This document shows, one piece after another, positions 1-8,853 of a stretch of 64,000 nt of DNA (the first letter of the stretch is position 1; each line of letters opens with the position of its first letter). Under the pieces are notes generated by a model. The model was not told the origin of the DNA. It saw only the letters and a program-made list of their open reading frames with translations, and ran no database searches. The translations under genes and the position numbers were made by a program. The stretch comes from Vulcanimicrobiota bacterium (GTDB taxonomy: Bacteria > Vulcanimicrobiota > JAJTBE01). The stretch is from NCBI GenBank assembly GCA_021107945.1, contig JAIORV010000160.1, forward strand, positions 31,996 to 95,995, in the 5' to 3' direction.

Positions 1-1525
1 CATTTAATTTCCCGGGTTTTTGCAGGATTGCGTCGGGAATCCCCACTTTTCCAATATCATGAAGAGGTGCGGAGTTATATATTTTTCTGATATACTCACG
101 GTCTATGGTATCCTTGTATTTGGGCAAAGTGGACAATTGAGAGGCGACGAGGCGGGCATAATTTCTCATGCGCTTGAGATGCTCTCCCGTTTCCCTGTCT
201 CTTTTTTCGGCAAGCTCGGCCATTTTAACAAGCAGTGTGAACTGGGCTTCCTCTTTACCCTTGAACTGTGACTGTATGGAGAAAAGCGCGCCCACAGCAA
301 CTGACAGTCCCTTGACCGTTTCGCCGTCATATATATTTACGTCCTTGGGGTAATTGAAAGCAATAAGTGCTCCCTTTTTCTCCCCGGTAATCCTATACGA
401 AGCGAAATTCCTGATCTCTGGCAGGTACCTGGATAGCTCTTCCGGAAAAGAATTCTGGAAATCTTCAATATTGGAGCACAGGTCATACCAGTTTGCAAAC
501 TTCAACTCACCACTTTCCGAAACTACAATAATAGATGAAAGGTTCCTGGGATGTATTACAATTTTATCTGAGACAACCCTGTGCATCCCATGGCGTTTTG
601 CCACAATGAAACCCTCGAGAAGTCTCTCCTCGTTTTCCATTGCCACGAATATATGAGTAGGATACAGGGAAGCCTGGTCTGTGAGGTCTCTTATCACCTG
701 GTGCGTCACCGATATAAGGTCTATCTCTTCATCCAGGTCAATGAATCTGAATTCCTGGAGTGTTGACTCTATAAAATCAAGGACATGCCTTGTTCTGCCG
801 TATGCGGAATCAATCTCTTCCTCCAGTGTTTTTCTCGCCGTGATATCCTTGCCGATAATCAGTACCTTATCCCCGTCACCCTTGAATGGTACGAATGTAT
901 ATGTGAAAATATAATCGTCAAAATTATTTTCCACTCCCTCCAGCTTCCTGTCAGTTCCGACAAGTCTTCTCATATGATTTTGAAATTCATCAGGCAGAAC
1001 TTTTTCAAGGTCCGCATTAATATCCATATTGTTGTTTGCGAAAAAATCCTTCACCGAGCTGTTGACATATGTGATCCCTAAGAATCTGTTCCATTCCATC
1101 AGAAAATCAGGATTATTTTCAGGATACATTGCAAGTTGTTTGAGACGTTTTTCCATTTGCTTTCTTTTTGAAAGATCCCTGAAAATAAAATATATCACTG
1201 GAGAGTCATTATCATCATTTTTAACCTGTCCTGCCGTCACTTCGATATTGAGTATTGCGCCGGACTTGCTGACGCCGCGGGTTTCGAACGACAGTCCCCT
1301 ACCCTTTTTAAGTAATTCAAAGAGAAAGACAAAATTTTCAAAATCTTCTTTATCTATAAGACTGAAAACAGAGTAATTTTTTATTTCCTCTTCGGAATAC
1401 CCAAAAAGATAATGGCAGCCTTGATTCCACATCAACACATGAGCATCAAAATCACAGAATAAAAGTGCTTCAAGTGAATCGCGGGTAAATTTTTCATATA
1501 TGTTTAAAGTCTCTATACAATCCAA
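1..1525 (-). CDS. PAS-domain / HD-GYP cyclic di-GMP phosphodiesterase-like protein (3' end beyond the left edge)
   Basis: Absent from the ORF track because it is open at the edge. Manual translation of both ends: TTG at 1525 after a GAGGTG RBS; PAS-like N-terminus (WNQGCHYLFGYSEEE...FRDLSKRKQME); HD-GYP segment RDRETGEHLKRM...APLHDIGKVGIPDAILQKPGKL in the same frame. Confidence 0.85.
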   Translation of the reverse strand, partial: MDCIETLNIYEKFTRDSLEALLFCDFDAHVLMWNQGCHYLFGYSEEEIKNYSVFSLIDKEDFENFVFLFELLKKGRGLSFETRGVSKSGAILNIEVTAGQVKNDDNDSPVIYFIFRDLSKRKQMEKRLKQLAMYPENNPDFLMEWNRFLGITYVNSSVKDFFANNNMDINADLEKVLPDEFQNHMRRLVGTDRKLEGVENNFDDYIFTYTFVPFKGDGDKVLIIGKDITARKTLEEEIDSAYGRTRHVLDFIESTLQEFRFIDLDEEIDLISVTHQVIRDLTDQASLYPTHIFVAMENEERLLEGFIVAKRHGMHRVVSDKIVIHPRNLSSIIVVSESGELKFANWYDLCSNIEDFQNSFPEELSRYLPEIRNFASYRITGEKKGALIAFNYPKDVNIYDGETVKGLSVAVGALFSIQSQFKGKEEAQFTLLVKMAELAEKRDRETGEHLKRMRNYARLVASQLSTLPKYKDTIDREYIRKIYNSAPLHDIGKVGIPDAILQKPGKLN

Positions 1526-1566
1526 AATAAACACCTCTTGAGTATTTCATTAAATATCCCCTATTG

Positions 1567-1727
1567 GCAACTATTCACCGCAGAGAACGCAGAGTTTTAA
1601 ATGAAGTTTACACTTCAGACAATTATTAATTCCATAAAATTTGGGTGGATGCCGGTCTCCCGACCATCCTGAAACGTTATAAAATCGTAGTTTAGAAATC
1701 CCCCACAAAAAGGGGCTGAATAGTTAC
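1567..1727. mobile_element. MITE-like element, family D copy 1
   Basis: Terminal inverted repeats (g)caactattca / tgaatagttac; internal hairpin ggatgccggtctcccgaccatcc; similar to 35831-35970, 43796-43946, 53842-53913 and 61707-61815. Confidence 0.6.
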
Positions 1728-1993
1728 CCTCATTATTACTGATATATACATTCAGGCAGTAAAGAACTATAACCAACTTATCATATTATTTCCCATAGGA
1801 TCCCACGATTCCTTTCAATATTCAAGTAGTACTATCAATTTTCTCCAAAAAATAAAAGAGGATGATTGTCTAAAGTAATATGATTTAGGGTATAAATAAG
1901 CAAAATGTAATATTTTTTTTTAATAATTCCTGTTCTTTAGGCAGGAAATATTTTTAGATAATTAATATAGAATAGAATGAAAGGAGGAAGCAG

Positions 1994-2791
1994 ATGGCAA
2001 AACTCAACTCAGTGGAAAAGCAGATTGGGAGGATGAAGGAAACAAACGATGACTTCAGCAGATTCCTGAAACATCAGAGAGACAAAAACAAAAAGCTTTT
2101 CAACGTTTCACTCTTGCTCACAATCCTTGTTGTAGTTGTTTTTGTGGTATATATATTCTTCTTTTATGCCACAATAAAAAATAACTTCAAAGGTGAGAAA
2201 CTCCTTCTCAGCCTGGAAAAACATGCTCCCGATATACTGGAGCCTGTTTCGAAGCAGTTTATCAGAGTGGCAACAGAAGCAGCCCCGGTTTATCACAAGT
2301 TGGCGATCAAAAAAGCCGAGGAAACCTTACCGGTCTGGTCTGCACAGGTAGAGGAGGAAATGCAAATATTTTCTAAAGAGACTACTCCGCAGGCAAAAGA
2401 GCAGTTAAGAAAAGCACTCGTAGGGGCAATTGAGCATCAGGACGCTCCATTGAGAGCAGCATTCCCGGGAATGACTGACGAAGATGTAAAAACTCTGATC
2501 GCAGAAATGGAAAAAGACCTTCAGGAAGGCACTGAGGAAATTGTTAACCATGTTTTTGACAATTCAATAGATGACATGATTAACCTGAAGAAAACATTTG
2601 ACAGCTTTGATACCAAAGGACTGCCCAATAACAGAGAACAATTATCAAAGCTATTCATTCATTACATGCTCTTATATCTGGACCAGGAAGTAATGGAAAA
2701 AGGAGGTGCGAAGATTGAAAAAGGAAAACGCTGGGAACGAAACGTCAAAAAAGGAAAAAAACGAGGAAGCGGTAAAAAAGGAAAAAAATGA
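1994..2791 (+). CDS. Hypothetical single-TM alpha-helical membrane protein
   Basis: 265-aa ORF; AAGGAGG RBS; hydrophobic segment at about residues 37-60 followed by amphipathic helices. Confidence 0.8.
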   Translation: MAKLNSVEKQIGRMKETNDDFSRFLKHQRDKNKKLFNVSLLLTILVVVVFVVYIFFFYATIKNNFKGEKLLLSLEKHAPDILEPVSKQFIRVATEAAPVYHKLAIKKAEETLPVWSAQVEEEMQIFSKETTPQAKEQLRKALVGAIEHQDAPLRAAFPGMTDEDVKTLIAEMEKDLQEGTEEIVNHVFDNSIDDMINLKKTFDSFDTKGLPNNREQLSKLFIHYMLLYLDQEVMEKGGAKIEKGKRWERNVKKGKKRGSGKKGKK

Positions 2792-3554
2792 GGAAATAAA
2801 AACGGAAGTGAAAGCATGCCCTGGCGAAAAGGCAGCCGTGAGCAATATTAAAGAGCTCCGTGCTTCCATGGATTCCTCCTTCGATATTGTCAAGGAGGAC
2901 CTTTTAAAAGCAGAGAAAAGACTGAAAATTACAGTTGGAGTTCAAGCTGTTTTGTTGATTTTTGTGATCTTTTACCTCGGATGGTTCTATTCACAAATAT
3001 GCAAAATCGATGCGGAATCTGTTGTCCAGACGACAAAATATCAGCTTCTCAATGCGCTTCCCTCCATAGGAGACGAAATGTCACAGCAACTCAAAGCCTC
3101 GGCACCCAGAACAATCGAAAGCCTGAGGCAAAGTTCGCTGGATGTTATTCCACAAATACGAAGAGATCTCCAGAGACATCTTCTCGCTGAAACAACCAAG
3201 TTGACAACCGGCATAGGTGACGAGGTGAACCATTTAATCTCCGAGTATGTAAAATCTCATGCACAAGATATCAAGAAGAATAATCCGAACCTGTCTGATC
3301 TTGATAAAGCAAGAAGGCTTGTCAGAATGATCAAACTGGATTTTAAGGAAACCGTAAAACAAGCGACAAATAAGCATATTGACGAGTATGCAAAGGATAT
3401 GAGAGAACTCAATAAAGAGATGAAAAAACTGAGAACCTCCAAAAAGCTCACAAAGAAGGAGATGTATCAGAAGAAGATGATCTCGGTATGGGTGAAGCTT
3501 ATGAAGTTAGAAGTCAAAGAGATGCCCCATGCACAGGAGACTCTGGTACCATAA
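2715..3554 (+). CDS. Hypothetical single-TM alpha-helical membrane protein, possibly paralogous to the upstream gene
   Basis: In frame with ORF 2706..3554; AGGAGG at 2701-2706 favours TTG at 2715; TM segment ITVGVQAVLLIFVIFYLGWFY. Confidence 0.75.
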   Translation: MKKENAGNETSKKEKNEEAVKKEKNEEIKTEVKACPGEKAAVSNIKELRASMDSSFDIVKEDLLKAEKRLKITVGVQAVLLIFVIFYLGWFYSQICKIDAESVVQTTKYQLLNALPSIGDEMSQQLKASAPRTIESLRQSSLDVIPQIRRDLQRHLLAETTKLTTGIGDEVNHLISEYVKSHAQDIKKNNPNLSDLDKARRLVRMIKLDFKETVKQATNKHIDEYAKDMRELNKEMKKLRTSKKLTKKEMYQKKMISVWVKLMKLEVKEMPHAQETLVP

Positions 3555-3578
3555 ACCCGGTTTAAAATGTATAGTTTG

Positions 3579-3610
3579 AAAACCTGCCCTATCGGCAGGT
3601 TTTTTATTTT
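3579..3610 (+). terminator. Rho-independent terminator
   Basis: aaaacctgcc-ctatc-ggcaggtttt hairpin followed by a T-run. Confidence 0.8.
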
Positions 3611-3705
3611 ACAATGCAAAGGCAAAGGATAATGAACTATAAATAGCCAAATCATTCTATAATCCCTTGAAAAATAAATACTGCGAACAAAATGGAGGAA
3701 ACATC

Positions 3706-4575
3706 ATGAAAAAAATCATTCCGATTATTCTAATCATTATAATTACTATTTCTGCTATAGCAATATTTTCGATACCATCCATCCGTTACAATTTATTTGG
3801 AGTAGAATTAAAATATAAATTCTTCCAGGGTGAAAAGATAAACTACAAAACAAAAGTCGATATGAGTATTGATTTTAACAAAGGACCAAAGGCAATAGTC
3901 GGAAAGGATATTAGTGCGAAATTTGAAAGGGATTCGATATGGAGAATAAGTAAGGTTGTGGGAGATACGATAACTATAATAAACTCGGGAAAAATAAAAA
4001 AAGGCGACATAAGTCTTGGTGGTAAGACAATCTCGTTGAATGATGATAATAATAAAGAATCAAGGATTGTTATAGAACAGGATATGCAAGGAAAAGTTAT
4101 TAATGTGGAAACTGGGGGCAGGCAGAAAGATGACCGGGAAAACATTCAAAGCCAGATGACCTTTTTATGGTGTAATGTATTACTACCAAAAGGTAAAGTA
4201 ATGATCGGGAGAACGTGGGAAGAAAATATTGATGCATATATGACCCAGCAGATTATCAAAACCCGGATAAAGGGCACAATACATTACAAATTTGAGAAAA
4301 TTGAGAAATACAACAAGAAACTATGTGCCCTTATTACATATGATGATTCATTCGATACCACGTCGAAGATTGGGGGAAGTAACAAAATCGGGTTTGATAC
4401 GACAGTTAAAATGAAAGGAAAAGCCTACCTTGATATAGACAGTGGAAAGATGATATTTTCCGAGAGAGAAATAAATCTTGAAATGTCAAAAACCATCCCC
4501 CTATTAAACATTCCTCTCTCGGCAAACGCAAAATTTCGCGTGGTATATGAGAAAAAAACGGGAAACGGGAAATAG
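3706..4575 (+). CDS. Hypothetical exported or membrane-anchored beta-rich protein
   Basis: GGAGG RBS before ATG 3706; N-terminal MKK plus hydrophobic stretch. Confidence 0.75.
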   Translation: MKKIIPIILIIIITISAIAIFSIPSIRYNLFGVELKYKFFQGEKINYKTKVDMSIDFNKGPKAIVGKDISAKFERDSIWRISKVVGDTITIINSGKIKKGDISLGGKTISLNDDNNKESRIVIEQDMQGKVINVETGGRQKDDRENIQSQMTFLWCNVLLPKGKVMIGRTWEENIDAYMTQQIIKTRIKGTIHYKFEKIEKYNKKLCALITYDDSFDTTSKIGGSNKIGFDTTVKMKGKAYLDIDSGKMIFSEREINLEMSKTIPLLNIPLSANAKFRVVYEKKTGNGK

Positions 4576-4579
4576 GAGG

Positions 4580-4664
4580 GTAGCGGAGGTTTTTAGCCCT
4601 CTAATCATGAGAGGAATAATCCTTAAAACGATGGATAAAAAGGAAACCTGAAGGTTTCCGCTGC
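4580..4664. repeat. Inverted pair of degenerate REP-like sequences (second family)
   Basis: gtagcggaggtttttagccctct ... ggaaacctgaaggtttccgctgc; GTAG/GCAG feet and an internal hairpin. Confidence 0.5.
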
Positions 4665-4685
4665 CGGGAATTGGAGTAATGTACT

Positions 4686-6938
4686 ATGAAATGTCCCGTT
4701 TGTGGAACTGACAATAAAGATACGGCCACATTCTGTTTTTCCTGCGGTTATGCATTATTGCAGGGATCCAACGTTTTTCGCGCATCAAGAAATCCCACCG
4801 TACCCACCGAGTCTTCTACCGTAAACCAAAGTCCTCCTGAACAAAGCTCCCAAGCTTCTTCTCCTCCACCTGCCGGAGCAAGTTCTCAAGATTCATCTCA
4901 CCTATCTCCGAAAACTATCCATAAAGGGCGTTATCAGATTAACAGAAAATTGGGGCAGGGAGGTATGGGTGAAGTCTATCTTGCAAATGACACAGTGATG
5001 CATTCAAAAGTTGTGGTCAAGGAGATGAAGTCCAAGAACGCCTCCACAAATGACAGAATATATTTTGAGAAACGATTCGAGGAGGAAGCACGACTCCTAT
5101 TCCGCCTGAAACATAACAATCTCCCCAGGGTAACTGATCTCTTCAAGGAAGGAGAAAGTTATTTCCTGGTTATGGAATATATCGAGGGAGAAAACCTGGA
5201 AGATGTTGCCGGAAAACGCCCGGACGGACGAATAACAGTGGATGAATGTATTGAATGGATGGGGACGGCTTTGGAAATTCTCAAGTATCTTCATGGTCAG
5301 AAACCTCCGGTTGTACACAGGGATATTAAACCCTCAAACATTATGCTGACGGAAACCGGTGATATATTTATTGTGGATTTCGGCATCGCCCGGACTGTGG
5401 GGACAAGAACATATACCCTGGTAGGCACTCCCGGGTTCATCTCACCGGAGCACATGACAGGCAAGCTCTGCCTTTCGTCGGATATATATAGCCTGGGGGC
5501 AACACTTCACTTCCTGTTGACTGGAGATAATCCACAAAACCGGGATCCCTTCGACTTCCCTCCCCTATCGAAATACCGCGACGATATACCTGAAGGCTTA
5601 CAGGATATATTTGATAAGATGATTGCAATGAAGAGGGATGATCGTTACCGGAGGGTGGAAGATGTTCTGACAGACCTGGCAAACATCAAATGCATCCTAT
5701 CCCCTGCCTCTCCATTTTCTGTAGGAGGGACGTCCCCGTCCCGATTTTTGGAGACGTCCCCGTCCCGAGATCCCGAACAACAGCCTTCCTCCGCCATGCC
5801 TCCTTCTGAATCACCGGCAATGGCAGATCTTCTCCCCGCTCCTGTAAGACCGCAAAAAAAACGTACACCAATCATTCCTCTTGTTATACTTATTGCATGT
5901 ATAATTACAACTGCAGTATTGTTTGTATATACGAGAAATAAGACAAAATCCGGAAAAACGGTTCTCCCTTCTTCAGGAGGAATGTCCTCATCCCAATACC
6001 CCGATAAACAAACTCATTCTATTTCTCCGGGAATACAAAATGAACCACAATTAAAAAAATGGAAATGTCTGAGGACGCTAAAAGGGCATTCTTCTGATGT
6101 TAATTCAGTTGCATTCTCCCCTGACGGAAAATATATGGCGAGCGGAAGTAATGATAAAACAATTAAAATGTGGAATAAAGATACGGGAAAATGTTTGAGG
6201 ACACTGAAAGGGCATTCTTCCGATATTAATTCCGTTAAATTCTCCCCCGACAGCAAATATATCGCAAGCGGAAGTTATGATCACACAATAAAAATATGGG
6301 ATGCAGATTCCGGTGAATGTTTGAGGACACTGAAGGGGCATTCCGGTTCCGTTTATTCCGTTGCGTTCTCCCCCGACGGTAAATATATCGCATCGGGCGG
6401 TTGGGATAAAACAATAAAAATATGGGATGCAGATACGGGCGAATGTCTGAAAACCCTGATAGGCCATACTCTTTGGGTTCGTTCGATCGCATTTTCCCCC
6501 GACGGAAAGAATATCGCAACAGGCAGTTCTGACAAAACAATTAAAATATGGGCAATAGATACGGGTGAATGTCTGAAGACCCTCAAAGGTCATTCCGATT
6601 ATGTTATCTCCGTCGCGTTTTCCCCCGACGGTCAATATCTCGCATCCGGTGGCTGGGATAAGACAATAAAAATATGGAATAAAGATACGGGTGAATGTTT
6701 GAAGACCCTGGAAGGTTATTCTATCGACATAGAATCTGTTGCCTTCTCCCCCGACGGGAAACATATTGCATCCGGAGGTCGTGATAATACAATAAGAATA
6801 TGGAATAAAGATACAGGTAAATGCTCCGGTATCCTTGAAGGACATTCCGGTTGGGTTTTTTCCGTCACATTTTCCCCGGACGGCAGATACATTGCATCGG
6901 GAAGTAAGGACAAAACAATTAAAATATGGAGACGGTAA
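4686..6938 (+). CDS. Ser/Thr protein kinase with N-terminal Zn-ribbon, TM helix and C-terminal WD40 propeller (7 repeats)
   Basis: CPVCG..FCFSCG; GQGGMGEVY, HRDIKPSN, DFG, GTPGF.SPE; TM IIPLVILIACIITTAVLFVY; repeats GHS..V.SVAFSPDG.YIASG..D.TIKIW. Confidence 0.95.
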   Translation: MKCPVCGTDNKDTATFCFSCGYALLQGSNVFRASRNPTVPTESSTVNQSPPEQSSQASSPPPAGASSQDSSHLSPKTIHKGRYQINRKLGQGGMGEVYLANDTVMHSKVVVKEMKSKNASTNDRIYFEKRFEEEARLLFRLKHNNLPRVTDLFKEGESYFLVMEYIEGENLEDVAGKRPDGRITVDECIEWMGTALEILKYLHGQKPPVVHRDIKPSNIMLTETGDIFIVDFGIARTVGTRTYTLVGTPGFISPEHMTGKLCLSSDIYSLGATLHFLLTGDNPQNRDPFDFPPLSKYRDDIPEGLQDIFDKMIAMKRDDRYRRVEDVLTDLANIKCILSPASPFSVGGTSPSRFLETSPSRDPEQQPSSAMPPSESPAMADLLPAPVRPQKKRTPIIPLVILIACIITTAVLFVYTRNKTKSGKTVLPSSGGMSSSQYPDKQTHSISPGIQNEPQLKKWKCLRTLKGHSSDVNSVAFSPDGKYMASGSNDKTIKMWNKDTGKCLRTLKGHSSDINSVKFSPDSKYIASGSYDHTIKIWDADSGECLRTLKGHSGSVYSVAFSPDGKYIASGGWDKTIKIWDADTGECLKTLIGHTLWVRSIAFSPDGKNIATGSSDKTIKIWAIDTGECLKTLKGHSDYVISVAFSPDGQYLASGGWDKTIKIWNKDTGECLKTLEGYSIDIESVAFSPDGKHIASGGRDNTIRIWNKDTGKCSGILEGHSGWVFSVTFSPDGRYIASGSKDKTIKIWRR
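5721..5768 (+). repeat. REP copy (5721-5745) plus partial copy, in frame within the kinase linker
   Basis: Exact gtaggagggacgtccccgtcccgat, then gagacgtccccgtcccga; translates as VGGTSPSRFLETSPSR. Confidence 0.9.
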
Positions 6939-7021
6939 AGGAAGACGGAGGGCAGAAGCCGGAGGACATAAGCCGGACGGCGGATTGCGGATGACGGATC
7001 TCATTTCCCGCCTCTAATTTT

Positions 7022-7117
7022 GTAGGAGGGACGTCCCCGTCCCGATAAAAACAGATGACGGATCGCGTATCCCATTTCCCGCCTCCAATTTTGTAGGAGG
7101 GACGTCCCCGTCCCGAT
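7022..7117 (+). repeat. Two REP copies (7022-7046, 7093-7117)
   Basis: Exact 25-mer gtaggagggacgtccccgtcccgat: GTAG foot plus GGGACG/CGTCCC stem. Confidence 0.95.
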
Positions 7118-7156
7118 ATGTGTCCTTAATCCATATCTCTATCCTTCAACCAACAA

Positions 7157-7660
7157 TCACAAATTCTCTTCCTTAAAAAACCAGAATTCCCAATCTTCGG
7201 GTTTTTCTACCAATCCTTTTCTCACCGAATTCTCATGGCAATATTGCGCGATTTTTTCCAGGTTTTCATAACTCCTTATATTGTGATCATAATATTGCTC
7301 CTGCCAGACGAAACCCTTACGATTCAGTAGTTTATTGATCTTATGAGATGTGAAGCTCTTAAAATCCTTCATTACCTTTGAAAGATTCTGTCCCTCCATC
7401 AACTGGAAAACAACATGAATATGGTCGGGCATTACAATACCGCAAATCGCCTTTATTCTGCCCTTCTCCTCAAGAAAATAAAGGGAATCGAAAAGAATTT
7501 TGCATACCTTTTCATTTGCCAATATCCTGCGACGCTCATATGTTGTAGTGGTTATATAATAGCACAAGTTCGGTAATGAATATCTTCCTTTTCTAAGGTG
7601 AAATTTTCCTCGTTTTGGAAATGTGTATTTTTCCTGTTTTTTTGTTGGTTTATGTTTCAT
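7157..7660 (-). mobile_element. REP-associated tyrosine transposase (RAYT, IS200/IS605 Y1 HUH family), copy 1
   Basis: 167 aa; YYITTTT, MPDHIH (HUH), WQEQYYDHNIR, YCHENSVRKGL; flanked by inverted REP pairs. Confidence 0.92.
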
Positions 7661-7736
7661 GGTGTCACCTTATTTATTGTATTCTATTATCTGAATTAGG
7701 ATAAAATGGCATATGGAATAATCGGATGGGGATAAT

Positions 7737-7824
7737 ATCGGGACGGGGACGTCCCTCCTACAGATCCGGCATCCGACCTCTGACATCTGACATCCGTTTA
7801 TCGGGACGGGGACGTCCCTCCTAC
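7737..7824 (-). repeat. Two REP copies (7737-7761, 7800-7824)
   Basis: atcgggacggggacgtccctcctac is the reverse complement of the 25-mer. Confidence 0.95.
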
Positions 7825-7915
7825 AGATCTGGAAATGGGAAATGGGAAATGAGAGGCGGGAGACGGGATCCATCCTCCGTTCTCCGGCATCCGTTCTCTG
7901 GCATCCGTTCTCTGT

Positions 7916-8602
7916 TTATAATTTCTTCCAGATCTCCCAGAACTTGGGTTTTATGATCGGCGGCGCAACATTCCGGTTTAAATACCACCACCACCTTGTG
8001 AGAGGGGGATCGTTCACTATCTGGTACTGCTTGAAATTATTATAACCTATCTCCCTGACATATATCGCCGCTTTTGCTCTTAACTGAATATCCAACTTTA
8101 CAATTTGCCCCCAGTATTCCTTGAGATTGATAGAGTCATCATATTTCAAGAGATCCAGCACATCCTGGATATCATCCCTGTAATAGTTGAGGTTAGAGGC
8201 GGCCAGACCGTTTTTTCCTATGTTTTCAACATATTTTCTGTATTCGTTTATCGATTCCTGAAGATATTCCAGCATCTCTCTTGCATCGGGATCAACTTTA
8301 TTCTTCCCCTGACCGTCGGCACTATGAATATCTCCTCCGGCGAAAGTTCCGGAAAGTCCTATAATCATCTTACTTTGTGATTTCGCTTGTTGGAAATCAA
8401 GTTTTTGTTGTTTTATCCTCTTTTTCTCTTTCTCTTCTTTCTTTTTCTTCTCCCCGAACTCGCTTTCTTCCAAATCGGGTGGTTTCCCCACGGTTGGCAA
8501 TTTGAAACTTAATGGAGATTCATCGCCTGTTTCTCCAGTTGTATCAGGGATTTCATCTTCCATTGTATCTTGATATTCACTGTAGTATTCGAATTCATCC
8601 AT
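7916..8602 (-). CDS. Hypothetical protein with acidic N-terminus and Trp-rich C-terminus
   Basis: 228-aa ORF with protein-like composition; no family recognised. Confidence 0.8.
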   Translation of the reverse strand: MDEFEYYSEYQDTMEDEIPDTTGETGDESPLSFKLPTVGKPPDLEESEFGEKKKKEEKEKKRIKQQKLDFQQAKSQSKMIIGLSGTFAGGDIHSADGQGKNKVDPDAREMLEYLQESINEYRKYVENIGKNGLAASNLNYYRDDIQDVLDLLKYDDSINLKEYWGQIVKLDIQLRAKAAIYVREIGYNNFKQYQIVNDPPLTRWWWYLNRNVAPPIIKPKFWEIWKKL

Positions 8603-8742
8603 TTTTAAACACCCAAGTCCTCCGGTTTATTAATTTCAGCTTCTTTATAATTAAAAGTAAAAACCAACATAGATATCTTTCCCGAATAATTATTAAATTA
8701 CCTTTGTCAATGCTAAAATAAATCTTCACCGCATTAAGGAAG

Positions 8743-8853
8743 ATGGAAAATGGAAATTGGAAATTGGAATATAGAAGATGGAAGTTGGAAGCTGGAAGCT
8801 GGAAGCTGGAGGTTGAAATTCCATTTTCCAACTTCTAATTTCTAACATCTATT
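8743..8853. repeat. Inverted heptamer arrays (ggaaatt/ggaagct, then ttccaac/ttctaac)
   Basis: About 11 degenerate GGAARNT units followed by complementary units. Confidence 0.75.

Noticed and set aside
20-1376. Plus-strand short ORFs in the track
   Set aside because: They are antisense shadows of the minus-strand PAS/HD-GYP gene.
6105-7004. 299-aa minus-strand ORF
   Set aside because: It is an antisense shadow of the WD40 repeats.
7022-7824. Repeated 25-mers as a CRISPR array
   Set aside because: There are at most two direct copies per cluster, spacing is irregular, clusters are inverted around a RAYT and no cas genes are present. They fit REP elements.
7670-7956. Short ORFs containing CRRDVPVP / GRGRPSY / RDGDVPPT (also near 26254, 36978, 48064, 55310, 56502)
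   Set aside because: They are translations of REP and heptamer repeats with no independent coding evidence.
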